A program made the position numbers and the translations under genes. A stretch of 63,542 bases of DNA, the filler included, from Octopus bimaculoides (taxonomy: Eukaryota), in NCBI RefSeq assembly GCF_001194135.2. It is 6 parts of 5 records of this genome, joined end to end, with 100 filler letters (N's around TTAATTAATTAA, not from the genome) between each part and the next. Parts side by side here need not be neighbours in the genome. Positions count along the whole stretch, not along the records: positions 30,599 to 38,364 come from NC_068983.1; positions 38,465 to 52,540 come from NC_068981.1; positions 52,641 to 62,264 come from NC_068986.1; 3 more parts are not named here. One strand, given 5' to 3'. Under the pieces are notes generated by a model. It worked only from the letters and a program-made list of their open reading frames with translations. It did no database searches and was not told the origin of the DNA. Shown here piece by piece: positions 37,482 through 53,062 of the stretch. How positions within the stretch are numbered: position 1 is the stretch's first letter; the number at the start of each line of letters is the position of its first letter.

Positions 37482-38494
37482 CTGAAAGATATACGAGCTG
37501 TGGCATTTAGCTTAAAGGCAGTTTTGATAGACTAAATTTGTTAGTTTTCTACATGAGGAATAAATTACTCGATGTAACCAGTCACCCTTACCGCTATATC
37601 TATCTGAGATTGATTTTCTGAAGTGGATATAAATAGCCAAGGCTTACAGGTGTCTTTAATATATTTTAAAATCAGAATTCAAAGCTTTCTGATTATTCAA
37701 ATATATGAAATTCTTGCTGCTTGACTTAATTATTTAGGAGTGCCTATTTAGAAGTTAATTTCTTCAAGATATTATCTACAATGGCCTAACATTTTTGATC
37801 GTTTGCTCATTTCGCAGCTGTCATCAAATAATATATTTTCCCGTTTAAATAAAGTTTCAGGGTGTACATCGTAAACTTGAAGAAAAAGGCCGTTGGCACA
37901 TGAACTGGTTTGGCAGAAGATTAACCATTGTGTTTTAAACGCTACCAATCCCTTTTTCCTTTTGTAAACCAAATCTATTTGGAAAGATTAGTTGAAAGCA
38001 TTTCCCTATGTCTTCAAGGAATTAATAACTTCATAAAAGCCAACTTTAAAGGAATTCTTGTCGAATCAAAAATAATATTCTGCATATTGTTACCTGCTTC
38101 CACTTAAGCAGAATATATTAAACCTTTTGAGAGACAATTACCATTATGAGTGCAATTATGTGGTGAACTAAAGTTACAAGTTGAAAAGATTCCTGGAATT
38201 CAAATACTTAATTAAGGCGTACAGACTTGTAACATGAATAGGGTAATTTAACCGAATTTCTATTTAAAATTTCATAGTATCCATTTATTGTTTTTTTCAT
38301 ATAGAAGGGATCTGTGTCAGATACGTGTGTTGGTATGTGTGTGTATCTGTATCTGTGTGCTCATNNNNNNNNNNNNNNNNNNNNNNNNNNNNNNNNNNNN
38401 NNNNNNNNTTAATTAATTAANNNNNNNNNNNNNNNNNNNNNNNNNNNNNNNNNNNNNNNNNNNNTTCTATTTCCTTGGTAAAGCCGTGTACTAA

Positions 38495-38581
<87 letters not shown>

Positions 38582-38590
38582 TATTATTAT
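38495..38590. repeat. (ATT)n microsatellite
   Basis: Directly visible; source of the poly-Ile ORF. Confidence 0.95.
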
Positions 38591-39582
38591 TAATCTCCCA
38601 ATGTTATTCAGTTTTATGTCTGTTATACATGCATTGTTTAAAACAACTTTATTCAGTTACATCGTCTGAGAGTTCCTTCTTATTTACTGTATAATATACA
38701 TACATACAGACTCGAACAAACTCCGACACACACACAGCCGTACAGGAACAAGCACACATACATATATGCATAGTTATAAACACACAATTATCTAAATTAT
38801 ACATCCGCTCTAATTCTTTTTTCACTCTCTCGTTGCTCACACAAGACCATCGTCCATCTTTCTCTTCGTAACATGACCGTCTTTCTTTCCTGCACGGACG
38901 TTGTAAGGAATGGACGTTTCCTATCCCTCTGTTCTGTAATCTCTTTTCAAATAACAAATTTCTCTCAGCCGACAACTGATGAAGGGTCGTTCTTCTGTTT
39001 TACTTGTCCTGTTTCCATATTTTAACCTGTCTGTCTACATATTTTATGTTGTTTACACAGTTGGTGACGTCCTGAACCCATATATGCATATATACATATA
39101 CATATATATATATATATATATANNNNNNNNNNNNNNNNNNNNNNNNNNNNNNNNNNNNNNNNNNNNNNNNNNNNNNNNNNNNNNNNNNNNNNNNNNNNNN
39201 NNNNNNNNNNNNNNNNNNNNNNNNNNNNNNNNNNNNNNNNNNNNNNNNNNNNNNNNNNNNNNNNNNNNNNNNNNNNNNNNNNNNNNNNNNNNNNNNNNNN
39301 NNNNNNNNNNNNNNNNNNNNNNNNNNNNNNNNNNNNNNNNNNNNNNNNNNNNNNNNNNNNNNNNNNNNNNNNNNNNNNNNNNNNNNNNNNNNNNNNNNNN
39401 NNNNNNNNNNNNNNNNNNNNNNNNNNNNNNNNNNNNNNNNNNNNNNNNNNNNNNNNNNNNNNNNNNNNNNNNNNNNNNNNNNNNNNNNNNNNNNNNNNNN
39501 NNNNNNNNNNNNNNNNNNNNNNNNNNNNNNNNNNNNNNNNNNNNNNNNNNNNNNNNNNNNNNNNNNNNNNNNNNNNNNNNNN

Positions 39583-39626
<44 letters not shown>

Positions 39627-40690
39627 TGTGTGTGTGTGCATATATATTTATGTACATGTGTGTGTGTGCGCGCGTGTTGGCTATATATCCCGATGAGTTG
39701 AGTAAAACACTGGCACAGTTGATGCGGCCTGTTGTCCTATAATTGGGCTATACTACAGTTGGATCTAATCCAGGAAATTTGGAGTGTTATTTGAGGTAAT
39801 AATCGATTAAGTAAGCATATGTAATTGGTATAACACTTTATTTTGTACAACGATCGCTTCGACCCGTCCGGTGACTGTACCTTTTGGGTGGGATGCTGTG
39901 TATCATATTATGTTCCATGTGTGTTTGAGATTGTGTTACATCAGGTACATACATAGAGTAAGCGGTGTCTCGCTAAATATCTTGAGTTTGAACGGCCATG
40001 CTGTTATATGCTCGTTGTATTTAGGTAATAAGGCAGTGCTACAATTATGGTTATTTTTGATATAGCACATGCGAAAATGTTTTTAACGCCATACCTTCAT
40101 AAACCCAGCCAAAAAATTAAAGTAACTGCGATGAAAGACGTTTTATATACTCCCTCAACCAGTCCCGCACAGTCTATATCTCTTTTCCAGACAATTCCGC
40201 TGCATATATCTTTCCTTTACTTTAACTAGTACCCTTCCCTCTCTTTAAACTTAATGTAATCTAATTTTTCCTCCACCAGCCTCATACTATCTATATCCCT
40301 CTCTCATTAACTTTCCCTTGATAAAAAGAAAAAAAAGTTTTTTTATTTTTCTTCCGTTCCTTTCGTATATACAGTATATTATTATTTGTTATTTGTTATG
40401 GATATTTAATATTAGGGATAATAGTAGCAATGGTTCATTCCATAACTGTAGTGAGCATGACCTCCCAAACTCAAGATCTTTAGTGAGAAACTACATTTTC
40501 TGGTCAATATTTATATATTTGTGGTTTTCCAGTGAGTCAGCTTATGTGTATATTATTATTGACTCCCGAAAATGACTGCAATGGTTTTACTTAGATTTCA
40601 AGAAAATAACTTAACCATATAGGAAACACTCATGAGGTGCAAAGTTTATCGTCCTTGAAATTATAGCAGGTGTAAATATATTAGTTAACC

Positions 40691-40726
<36 letters not shown>

Positions 40727-40758
40727 TGGCAAAACTGGCAATATGACCATCCCCAAGT

Positions 40759-40833
<75 letters not shown>

Positions 40834-41270
40834 ACCTTTCGTAACATAGGTTTAAAAAACACATGTACAGTTAAGTTTCATATACAGCAGAATTAAATTA
40901 CACACTTAACTAATTCCTAATAATATATACTCAAAGATGTGATCCCACAACTACATTCGTATTAGTTGTTACCTTTTTCATCCTAGTATCTTCCCTTGAT
41001 ACCGTATCATCATTGTAAAAGAAGAATCTCACTATGACATGTATGTCTTTCTTAAAATTATTGAACAAAAACAGATACTACATATAAACAACTTGTTTAA
41101 CAAACATAGAACAATTACGATATGTGCATACATTTCTATTTGAAAAGAAAATTGAAGATTGTCACCTGAAACAACAGATAATTTTTTCATTACACTTGAA
41201 AAAATCATGTGAATGTTTAAATTCTGAATTACACTACCTCGCTCTACGCACATTAAATACATCCATGCGT

Positions 41271-41306
<36 letters not shown>

Positions 41307-41639
41307 GTTTCTTCTGTTCTGTTTGGTGTGTGTAGTGTGAGTTGTGTTATTATATTGGGTTTTACTCTTATAAATTTTACGGTGTTTGAAGTGATGCTCT
41401 TTTAGATTATAAGTTTCTTAATATACAGAGTGTGTGTGAATATTGTTCTATTTGAGATATTCTGTAGAATTGGGAGTGTCTAGCGGAGTCGTGGAAGGTT
41501 CGTAGGTGAGGTATTTTAAGCAGTATACAGTGTTGCGAGCCCTGTTTGGTCTTCTATGTTTCTTTCCGTATTATTTTCACACATGCTTAAGGCTCAAATT
41601 ACTTGTGCTATTCTTTTCACCCACATCAAGGGGAACATC

Positions 41640-41683
<44 letters not shown>

Positions 41684-44597
41684 GCTTTACTAAAAAGAAG
41701 CAAAAATATCACAAAAACTATTTTTCCGTTACTTCTCCTACATGCATATGCACACATCTGGGTGCCTTTAGGGGCTTAGAATAACTAAAGGACCGCTGCA
41801 AAAATTGAGTTTCTCTGAGAGGGGCATATACGAACATTTCTACTCGTATATATAAACCTACAGTTAAAATATATTTCTGAACTACTTATAGTGTCATACA
41901 TCTAAATAGAAGTACATTCGTACAATCAGAAATATATATGTATATTCATCCATAGAAACATAAGTACATGCATATATACACTCTTTTAGACATAGACGGA
42001 AATAGTTGACATACAAATTAGCTGACATACTAAAGTAGTTTTTTCCACAAATAGTGAGAACATTACTCAGATATATAACATATATTAATATTTCTCTTAA
42101 GATGAGATATTAAGCAATTGGTGTAAATAAGTATATAAACTATCCTCTTACGCAATAAATATTAGAATTACCTGTCTCTTTCTGATGTTTATGTATACCT
42201 CTAGATAAGTTGAAGATTAATAAGTGCATGAATACAGTAGAAATATGCTTCAAACATTTACATATATTCTGATTAAACACAAAAGAAAACGAAAATAAGG
42301 GATCCACCGTGGTCCGTTGCTATTAGACACAGCACAGCACTCCTTCAATCTACACAACATAGAATGCACCTACTATATTTCTCTGGCAATGATTCACTTA
42401 TCAACACAGCCACTGACTAACTGACACATTTCTTATCTGAACTGTATCTTCAATGATGTTGAACCTACTGGAAATAGTAATTGCTCATCTAAATATTCCT
42501 CTCTACTGCGTAGGTTATACACTAGTTTATACTAAAGTTTTTGTCAACAACGTAGTCCTGTACATCTATTTGCTCCTGTTTTATTAGAACAAAAATCAAT
42601 AGGAATGATCAAAATATGCATCTGTTTACATCAACAATCTAGTGTAACATCCATATATTATAGGTAATGCTCCTCCTGCTTTAAATACACAGACTTTTTA
42701 CTACCATTTTCGTACACTGGCTTAATTACAAATGAAAATAATTTCTCAATAAAATAAAAATTAAATTTAATTGGTATGGTATAATACAAAACCGGTCAGA
42801 GTTTTGGATCACGCGGCCATATATGTTACATTTATAAATCCTGAACAACCACTTTTAATATGATGACTGTCAGTACTCATTAACAATATTACAATTGCTT
42901 ACTATAAAATGTTTACAAACCTTTTTAATATTTTGTTTTAGTTCTGCAGTGAAATCGATTTTTGAAAACAAATTACGTTTCATCAATCAGCTGCAAATAT
43001 CAATGATTTCATTAATTAGAAAGGATGCCGATCTCAGAATCGCTTCAGATAGAGTTTCCTTTTATGTTCTATGTTTTATATTGTATTTTGAATTTTCCTA
43101 TTTTATTCACTATCACGCCATTAGCAACACTCGAAAATAAATGACATTGATTGCATTTCTTTTTAACTTGTGTTCTCGAATGGATAGAACTAATGATGCT
43201 ACTATTGCAGTTTTGCAACAAACACTACTACCATTGCTATAGCGATATGATCGTTATTATTAATATTAATGTTCGTTATATTTTCAATATGGGGAAGGTT
43301 ATGGTTCGTTCTGAATTTGCTCTTCATCTATTTGAAGTTAGCTAAGAAAAAATATTACAAGTTATGAAATTAGTTCAATAGTTTTATACACTACCATATA
43401 TAAGATGCGTTATATCAATGCCAGACCCCACAAGCATTTGCATACCTGCTTTTTATATAGATAATATTACTATTGACTTTTTTTCTGACTTGTATTATAA
43501 ACAAAGAGCTTACATCATTTACTTTTATTAGCTAGCCTTTTTTTTCCTCATTCATCGGCGGTCTAAGAACGAGGTTATGCATCCAGTGATACTGACATTA
43601 GGTATATGATATTTTTTGTCATTTTTCTTGATTTCATAACGTGATAAATCTCCGGACTGTAATTTAATATGTCGTTATAGGTCTATTACAAAGCTGGCAC
43701 AGTATATTTAGTAGATTCCAGTTTCTGTGAGTATGATGATTAATATCATTGTGCGATTATTTGCTTTGATTTTCATTTTTACCTTTATTTCGTTTGTGCT
43801 GTGCGCGTGGTATTTAATTACTAGAAATCTCGTCTTTCTTATAAATCGTTTTGTTTTTAATGTGGCTTGTGTATGCTATACCTTGTGTAGTGTTGTGGTT
43901 GGTGTGTTCATATGTTTCTAGTACTTGAGTGATTAAATGTAACTGGTTTGAATTATTGTTTATAATCAAAATATAAAATACAGAAAGAAAAAAAAACACT
44001 AAAAGGGAGATTTGTATTTGTCAATTTCTTTATTTCTGTGTTTTACATTTTCATTATAATTTTATTCATCTGTTACTACAACTGTCGGTTTAGTTACGTG
44101 CGCAAACTTTTGTAAACGACACACTGCTTTGGGTATTTATTTATTCACATAGTGACAGCAGAAATGCCAGCAGGATCTACTATTTAAACAGTAATTTTAG
44201 GAGGCACACTTCATCCCTTAGATGGAGATTAATGTTTACGCATCTCACGAATGTAGTAGAAATGTAAAGATGTTTCGAAACAACTGTAATAATCTTAAAT
44301 ATTGTTTTCATTCAATTTCCTGTAATTTCCCTTGTTATCAATCAATCAATCTTTTAAATCTATCTATCTGTCTGTCTCTCTGTCTCTCTGTCTGTCTATC
44401 TATCTTTCTATCTATATGTCTATCTATATATCTATATAGATATACACGTACATGCACAGACACACACGCACACAGTTTTTACATTTTATTTAGTTTCACT
44501 CTTTCAAGTTTGTTTTTGCTCAAATGCTCATCCCGTACAACGTAATAAACACTTACGCACTCAAGGAGTGTACACACGCACAAGCACACCCACGCAC

Positions 44598-44641
<44 letters not shown>

Positions 44642-46318
44642 GTATATGTACACACACACGCACACACAAACACATATATATATATACACATATATATGCA
44701 AACAGACATGACCAACGATTTTGGCAAACACTGTTTGATTAGCTATTTCATGTGAAATATTATGTGAATGTTAATGATTTAGTATTATTTGAAAAGGTTA
44801 TCTATCTGTTATCCAATATGATTTGAAAGAAAAATTGCTGAAAAATAAGAGATTTTGCAAATAATCATCAATTTGCGGAATTGGTTATATTTCCTACAAG
44901 TGGAAATCATATTCCTCTTCATGATTTCAAGTTGGAATTGCATGCAAACTAACAATTAATAACCAGACCAGTAAGCAAATTTATGTATGATATCATGAGC
45001 ATGTTATGATTGATGTTTAGTTAATGAACGCTCTTTCTCCTCACAAAAACTTCATATTTTCTTTTCTTCTATAGCAGATATGTTATTGGCAATACAAATA
45101 CGTCAGTCAATAATTTCTTTCCATCAAAATGTCCTAAAAACATGCAGTTTTTTTCTTTTCATTCATGTTATGTCTGTAAATAACCGTAGACTTCTAAGCT
45201 TGACGATACTTCTACTTTCACCACATCGGCTAAGGTCTCTCCGGAAAGTACTTTCCAAATATGTGGCTGCTATTAAGTTGGTATAGATTGAGTGGTCTCA
45301 CACCAATATTTGTAGCTTGAAAGATCTGTATTAGTAAAAATGCTACATCCACATTTGACTCCTGGTGAACCATCATGTATTATAAAAAAATGAGTTATTG
45401 TATCTTTTGTTCGCTTATGGCATCACCTAAATTCAAATCTCACTCAAATAAACTTATCTGTACACGGAGATGATGGAATATTACCAAATATTGGGTTTCA
45501 TAAAATTGAGAAAGAAATTATTCAAAGCCATGATCCCGGCTTGTAACAGTATTATGATGTAAATAAGTAAAACAAAAATTAAATAATATATTTAGCTGAT
45601 AAAGATAAAATCCACAAATGTGATCGGGGAACTTGGAAGAGTTAAATGAAATGACAGCATCATTCGATTAAAAAAAAAATTAATGCAACAAAATAACTCA
45701 AATATTTGTAGGAAGTACGTCAGTGTGAAAATCTCTTTTGCAAATATCAAAAATATTTGGATCTATACACTTTAGAAAAGCTGTATATATCTAATATATC
45801 TTCAGAAATATAATATTGGAAACGTGACACGATAGGGAAACGTATATGAATTCTTAGAATACCTAAGCTCGAAAAAAGGAAAATATTCCATCTCAAACTT
45901 TAAATATTTATCGTTATTTTGAAATCTTTAAGGCTATTTTTTGATTGAAGCTAAAGTACGAAGGAGAAAGAAGAATGTTTCGTGATATGAAAGAAACAAC
46001 ACAAATTAAGAGTAAAATAATTCGGATATATCACTTGCAATCTAATATAAAGATGATCAAAATTCTTGGATGAGATAGTCAACCGAGGAGATGATGGAGA
46101 GCAAAATAACGAAATCACCCCCCCCCCCAAACAAAAAACAGATTTTACAAACAGTATATATGTTTAAAAGCAAGCAAAAACATATCTCTGATGATAGAAA
46201 TAATTATTTACTTCAACAACTGTGATAGGTATGGTACAAGAAGTTCAATAAATAAGTGCAAACTGAGATATTTCTACTATGGTGAACATTGTTGAAACAC
46301 ATTAACATGGTTATTATC

Positions 46319-46360
<42 letters not shown>

Positions 46361-47746
46361 CATATCTCCAACATATGTTGCCAGACATGAAAAATAAACG
46401 ATACAAAATGGGAAATATAATTGAGCGCATATATACTGTTTTACTAGTTTATGTTATAGCTTTACTGTTATTTTTATGTTTATTTTCTTTATTTGCTGGC
46501 TGTTTGTAGATGCTTGATCAGTTTCACTTCTGACAGCGTTAAATTTCCCAGAAAACAGCATAATAATTGAGAAAATACATCAAAAATAAATACCAAAAAG
46601 AAGAACCAATTCGGAAAATGTAAGACATTCGCTGAACGTATATGGAAAAAAAGAAACGCAAGTCGTTTTCAATCATTTAAAGACACAAAAACAAACCACA
46701 ATACAAACACAAATATAACAAATTATTTATGCAAATATATATATATAAAAAAAAACGTAAAGGAAATATTAAATTGTGTAACCTGATTTAATGGGAACTT
46801 TAAAGTAAATATAAATATTAAGAAATGATAAACTTTCATACGCTACACTTTATATATGTGTGCACACACACACACACACACACACACACANNNNNNNNNN
46901 NNNNNNNNNNNNNNNNNNNNNNNNNNNNNNNNNNNNNNNNNNNNNNNNNNNNNNNNNNNNNNNNNNNNNNNNNNNNNNNNNNNNNNNNNNNNNNNNNNNN
47001 NNNNNNNNNNNNNNNNNNNNNNNNNNNNNNNNNNNNNNNNNNNNNNNNNNNNNNNNNNNNNNNNNNNNNNNNNNNNNNNNNNNNNNNNNNNNNNNNNNNN
47101 NNNNNNNNNNNNNNNNNNNNNNNNNNNNNNNNNNNNNNNNNNNNNNNNNNNNNNNNNNNNNNNNNNNNNNNNNNNNNNNNNNNNNNNNNNNNNNNNNNNN
47201 NNNNNNNNNNNNNNNNNNNNNNNNNNNNNNNNNNNNNNNNNNNNNNNNNNNNNNNNNNNNNNNNNNNNNNNNNNNNNNNNNNNNNNNNNNNNNNNNNNNN
47301 NNNNNNNNNNNNNNNNNNNNNNNNNNNNNNNNNNNNNNNNNNNNNNNNNNNNNNNNNNNATATATATATATATATATATATACTCGCAAACACACACGAG
47401 CACGTCCACATATATTCATATGTAGATACATGTAGGAAAACATTTATTTTAACATACTATTTATTTAGAAATAAATATTTGGGACATATTTATTATGGAG
47501 CAATTTAACAGTGACACCATATGAATGAGAATATTTTAATATGAATGAATTCCATATTGCATTCACAGGGATATCTCTATTTCTCCTCCTATAAAATAAA
47601 CACACACCCACACAAAATGATATGTATGTGTGTATATATATATGTATTTATATAATACAAATAATATGTGAGTATATGCAAATATACGTATATGTGTGTA
47701 CATGCCTACATCTCTCTCTCTCTATATATATATATATATGTATATG

Positions 47747-47788
<42 letters not shown>

Positions 47789-47829
47789 TGTGTGTGGGTG
47801 TGTGTGGGTGTGTGCGTGTGTGTGTGTGT

Positions 47830-47960
47830 GTATACGAGGCGGTGCAGAATACTTCTGGCTTTAAGAGTATCGCGAAAAACCTGGTTGGAACCTCAAACGT
47901 CCGATTTCTATTACAGGTCTTAGAAAAACTGAAGGATGCAACTATAAGAACGTGAGATAG
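47830..47960 (+). mobile_element. Probable mariner/Tc1 terminal fragment
   Basis: ta-cgaggcggtgcagaatacttctggctttaag resembles mariner TIR starts (TACGAGGG...AAAAGTT); no partner end was found. Confidence 0.4.
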
Positions 47961-48004
47961 GAATACTTTTAGATAGGAATCTGAGATAGGAATACGTTGA
48001 ATAA

Positions 48005-48250
48005 AGAGGCTCAGACACGTGTACTCTTAACATAGTTCTCGGGGAGATTCAGCCTGATACAGTGTGCCAAGTCTGTCCCTTTGAAATACAGATACAACAG
48101 AAAGAAAGAATGAAAGTTGTAGTGAAATAATGCAGCAGGTCTCGCGTCCATCCCATGCCGGAGTATCGTGGAGCTTTTTATGTGTCTTCACTCAATAAAT
48201 ACCCGCAACGTGATCCTACAACCGCGAGTCCTCTGCCCTAAGCACTAGGT
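48005..48250 (-). mobile_element. SINE family C
   Basis: The minus head ttagggcagaggactcgcggttgtagga matches 33880-33923; GC-richer conserved body. Confidence 0.55.
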
Positions 48251-48279
48251 CATTACGCCTGCACTATATATATATATAC

Positions 48280-48320
<41 letters not shown>

Positions 48321-49083
48321 NNNNNNNNNNNNNNNNNNNNNNNNNNNNNNNNNNNNNNNNNNNNNNNNNNNNNNNNNNNNNNNNNNNNNNNNNNNNNNNN
48401 NNNNNNNNNNNNNNNNNNNNNNNNNNNNNNNNNNNNNNNNNNNNNNNNNNNNNNNNNNNNNNNNNNNNNNNNNNNNNNNNNNNNNNNNNNNNNNNNNNNN
48501 NNNNNNNNNNNNNNNNNNNNNNNNNNNNNNNNNNNNNNNNNNNNNNNNNNNNNNNNNNNNNNNNNNNNNNNNNNNNNNNNNNNNNNNNNNNNNNNNNNNN
48601 NNNNNNNNNNNNNNNNNNNNNNNNNNNNNNNNNNNNNNNNNNNNNNNNNNNNNNNNNNNNNNNNNNNNNNNNNNNNNNNNNNNNNNNNNNNNNNNNNNNN
48701 NNNNNNNNNNNNNNNNNNNNNNNNNNNNNNNNNNNNNNNNNNNNNNNNNNNNNNNNNNNNNNNNNNNNNNNNNNNNNNNNNNNNNNNNNNNNNNNNNNNN
48801 NNNNNNNNNNNNNNNNNNNNNNNNNNNNNNNNNNNNNNNNNNNNNNNNNNNNNNNNNNNNNNNNNNNNNNNNNNNNNNNNNNNNNNNNNNNNNNNNNNNN
48901 NNNNNNNNNNNNNNNNNNNNNNNNNNNNNNNNNNNNNNNNNNNNNNNNNNNNNNNNNNNNNNNNNNNNNNNNNNNNNNNNNNNNNNNNNNNNNNNNNNNN
49001 NNNNNNNNNNNNNNNNNNNNNNNNNNNNNNNNNNNNNNNNNNNNNNNNNNNNNNNNNNNNNNNNNNNNNNNNNNNNNNNNNNN

Positions 49084-49119
<36 letters not shown>

Positions 49120-49139
49120 CATATACATATATCATCGTC

Positions 49140-49800
49140 ATCATCGTCGTACAGCGTCCGCTTTGACAGTTCGACTGACAACTGTCGAGATAGAAGGCTG
49201 CACCAGGCTCCAATCTGACTTGGCAAAGTTTCTACAGCTGGGTACTCTTCGTAGAACGAACCACAACGAGAGTGGCAGTAGGTACTTTTTATGTGCCACC
49301 GGCATGGAACCAGTTAGCCGGCACTTGCATCGACGACACTCGGATGGTGCTTTTTTCGTGCAACCGGCTCGGGTGTTAATCAGGCGGTACTGTTATCGAC
49401 CACGACAATGACGTCACTTCACTTAACAGTTCTTCACAAGCTCAGTATGTTGTTCGATGATTGAATGGTACTCTCAAATATGCCAGTTATGATGCACTGC
49501 GTGGGTCAGAGTTACGGTCACACTTGGCTTGCCGAGTCTTCTCAACTACAGCATATTTCCAAGGTTTCGGTCACGTTTTATCCCCTCTGTGAGGCCCAAC
49601 ATTCGGAGGGTGTGCTTCACTACCTCATCCCATGACTCCTGACTTTACCTCTTCCACAAGTTCCCTCTACTGCTAGGGTGTAACACTTCTTGACACAGCT
49701 GTCCTCATCCGTACGCAACATATGATCACACCAGAGCAGTTGTCTGTATTGCACACCACATCTGATGCTTCTCAGGTCCAACTTCTCTCGCAGAGCACTT
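49140..49800 (-). mobile_element. RTE-clade LINE 3' end and 3' UTR
   Basis: LREKLDLRSIRCGVQ.RQLLWCDHMLRTDEDSCVKKC..LAVEG..GRG, the typical RTE C-terminus; the UTR carries the ...ccagctgtagaaac motif shared with the SINE tail at 12200. Confidence 0.7.
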
Positions 49801-49862
49801 ACACTTTGTCGTGTATGTACACTGACAGTACACAACCATATATATATATATATATATATGTG

Positions 49863-49901
<39 letters not shown>

Positions 49902-51403
49902 NNNNNNNNNNNNNNNNNNNNNNNNNNNNNNNNNNNNNNNNNNNNNNNNNNNNNNNNNNNATATATATATATATATACATATATTGGCGCTAAATGTGAC
50001 TAGGGTGACAGAACTATATCTCGAAAGATAAGAAGTAAAATGCTCTAATGCTGTCGTTAAAACACATAATTTAATACATATGTACTGACGTACTGACAGG
50101 GACCGTAATCACCGGTCCCTACTGGTGAGGTTGTAGAATTAGCCGAAACTGGCAGATCAGTATATGGAACTCTCTACCAGTGCTTTCGATAGATTACAAT
50201 CTCCGTCAGTTCATATGTATAAGATTATGTGATTTAATTACAGCATTAGAGCATTTTGGACCGTATTTGTAGAAATGTACGTGGTTTAACACTCTAGCCA
50301 CTCCTTAGTGACAATTTTGTTTTCCTATTTCGAAAACATTATACACATATTTTATGCACATAAATCTGCCAACGTTGGACACATATACATTGTAGCAGCC
50401 GTTGATAAATAAAATCGTAAATTCTCTTTAAAAATATAGCCCACATGACCGTCCAAGAAAGAAGCAAATCCATTTTATCCCAAATACAGAGATATTGCTG
50501 ATAAAATCCCTTTAATCATTTAATATATTAACAGGACAACACGTGGACGTTTTTCTCTATACGCCTCAACACCAATCTTATGCAATCAGCCAAGGATCTT
50601 ATCCTTGGCTTTATTGTCACCAATGATCCACATTACACGAACTACATTTCTACATTCGTAAAGAAGGGCGCTGGTATTTTAGCAACGATTACTACGACAT
50701 CTGTCAGCAGCTCACCATCTATTTCATGCTAAATAGGATTATCGTACGTCCTTACTTAGTGCTTGTATTTCCATTCAGGGACCCACATTGTGCCTAGACT
50801 TACCTTAACCGAACGCATTTTACGGTATCGGTACACATTTCGCAAACAATTCTCCTACCAGTCGGGGACATGTATATAAAATAAAAACGAATAATCGTGC
50901 AGCACCAATGATTTGAGGAAGCAATTTTTTCCGCTCAGAATCATCTAAGCAATAGTTGGTCACTAACATCCATCACAATTCCATGTCTCACGAAGTTAGC
51001 CAACACTAATTCTGAGGAGCCATTGCACCCTTTCCCGTTTATATATCATTTATTGCTCAGTTTTCTATCAATTCGTGCTTTGTTCTTTGTACGTGTGCTT
51101 TTAGTTATCGCTAACATTGTTATCATTCCTTATTTTGACTTGCCTTCAGTCTGTCTTATATTTTAACCATCTCTCACGACGTATTTAGCATCTGGAATTT
51201 AGATATATCATTACTATTTATTAATATTTCTACCGTTATTGACCTTGTTTTTGATGTTATTATTGTTCACAATGTCAGAAGCATCTGTTACGTAATATGT
51301 ACATGTATATGTATATATATATACATGTATATATATGTATGTATGTATGTATATGTATATATATATATACATGTATATATATATGTATGTATGTATGTAT
51401 ATG

Positions 51404-51434
<31 letters not shown>

Positions 51435-53062
51435 ATATACGTATGTATGTATGTATATATATATATATATATATATATNNNNNNNNNNNNNNNNNNNNNN
51501 NNNNNNNNNNNNNNNNNNNNNNNNNNNNNNNNNNNNNNNNNNNNNNNNNNNNNNNNNNNNNNNNNNNNNNNNNNNNNNNNNNNNNNNNNNNNNNNNNNNN
51601 NNNNNNNNNNNNNNNNNNNNNNNNNNNNNNNNNNNNNNNNNNNNNNNNNNNNNNNNNNNNNNNNNNNNNNNNNNNNNNNNNNNNNNNNNNNNNNNNNNNN
51701 NNNNNNNNNNNNNNNNNNNNNNNNNNNNNNNNNNNNNNNNNNNNNNNNNNNGTGTGTGATTGTATGTATAACTGCATTTTCTGCTGCATACAGGAAGAAA
51801 GAGATTGAGAAAACAGACTGACAATGCGGGAGCCACAACCAAAGGGTAAGTGGAATAAAACTGAGATAAAATATGAGACGTTGGCTGAAACATATTAATA
51901 ACAAAAGAAAATACCGAAGGAATAAATGAAACGTAATAGCAAAAGCATTTGATGCAACTGATATTCGAATTAGGTCTTTTTTTATATATTTAAATCAAAT
52001 ATTGCTAAAAATAATTGCACATTTACATATACAGTAGCACAAGTAACCGACAACTAAACTCAAAGTATACCGCCATATTAGTGCTCATCTCTTCCCTTCA
52101 TTTTCTTGTAGAATTCATAGAGAGACATTGTGCTTAATTATATATGTTACTTTATTAATATAAATTTAGCAAATATATTTTCTTACAGAAAAAGAGAACT
52201 CGGCAGAATCAATCGCATGGAAGCCTTTCCCTTCTGTTTGTATGTACTTTTCTCTGTGAAAACGAGAGTATCTATCCGTAGTGGATTTTATGAATAGCAG
52301 CAAAAGCTTCCGCAAATCTAGAAGCATTTACTTACATATGTCTGTATGAATGTGCATGAGCGTGGAAACAAGGAAACGACTAGGCTCTTACATAACAATA
52401 TAGAACTAGCAGTAAAATGTCTAGAAGTGTCTGTGTATATATATGTGTGTATATATATATGTATGTGTTTATATTTTATATATATGTATATATATGTATA
52501 TATATATACATATATATGTGTATGTATATATATAAGATCGNNNNNNNNNNNNNNNNNNNNNNNNNNNNNNNNNNNNNNNNNNNNTTAATTAATTAANNNN
52601 NNNNNNNNNNNNNNNNNNNNNNNNNNNNNNNNNNNNNNNNCCAATCTGATAGAATTCTGGCAAAACTGTGTAGCAACAGATCGCCAGCAATTGCTTCATC
52701 ACAAATTGCCGTCCTAGCTCCTGCGAAAAGGGATTACTCTGCTATGTATAATCAGGGCAGCGCAAAAAGTTGGTTTGCACAAGCATTTCTATAGCCAATT
52801 AGACAGATGAAATTTACGTACGCTTAATAATTTTACGCAAAACAGCCTTCAGACTTTCCCTATTAATTTCATCGTCTTTTGAATTATGAACATATTTACA
52901 TCATAAGGGTTTTTTCGTTGTAAGGCTTTCTTTTTTAGTTGATTTTCACCTAACAAGACTTATCGTAGATGGCGTAATAAGTCACACTCGGACGTGGTCG
53001 GGTTATACTGCTAGTAGATAGATAAAACTCTATGATACGGTAGTATAATATGTCTGAAGTAA

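Noticed and set aside
37475-37867. 13-bp inverted pair gtacaccctgaaa / tttcagggtgtac as MITE TIRs
   Set aside because: The match does not extend inward and is short enough to be chance; it also overlaps the candidate splice acceptor.
43681-43726. 46-nt plus-strand exon candidate (VYYKAGTVYLVDSSF or LLQSWHSIFSRFQF)
   Set aside because: Good donor but weak polypyrimidine tract and no recognisable homology; needs RNA-seq.
45190-45560. Short open frames on both strands resembling a terminal exon
   Set aside because: Frames are interrupted by stops, with no consistent splice sites or homology.
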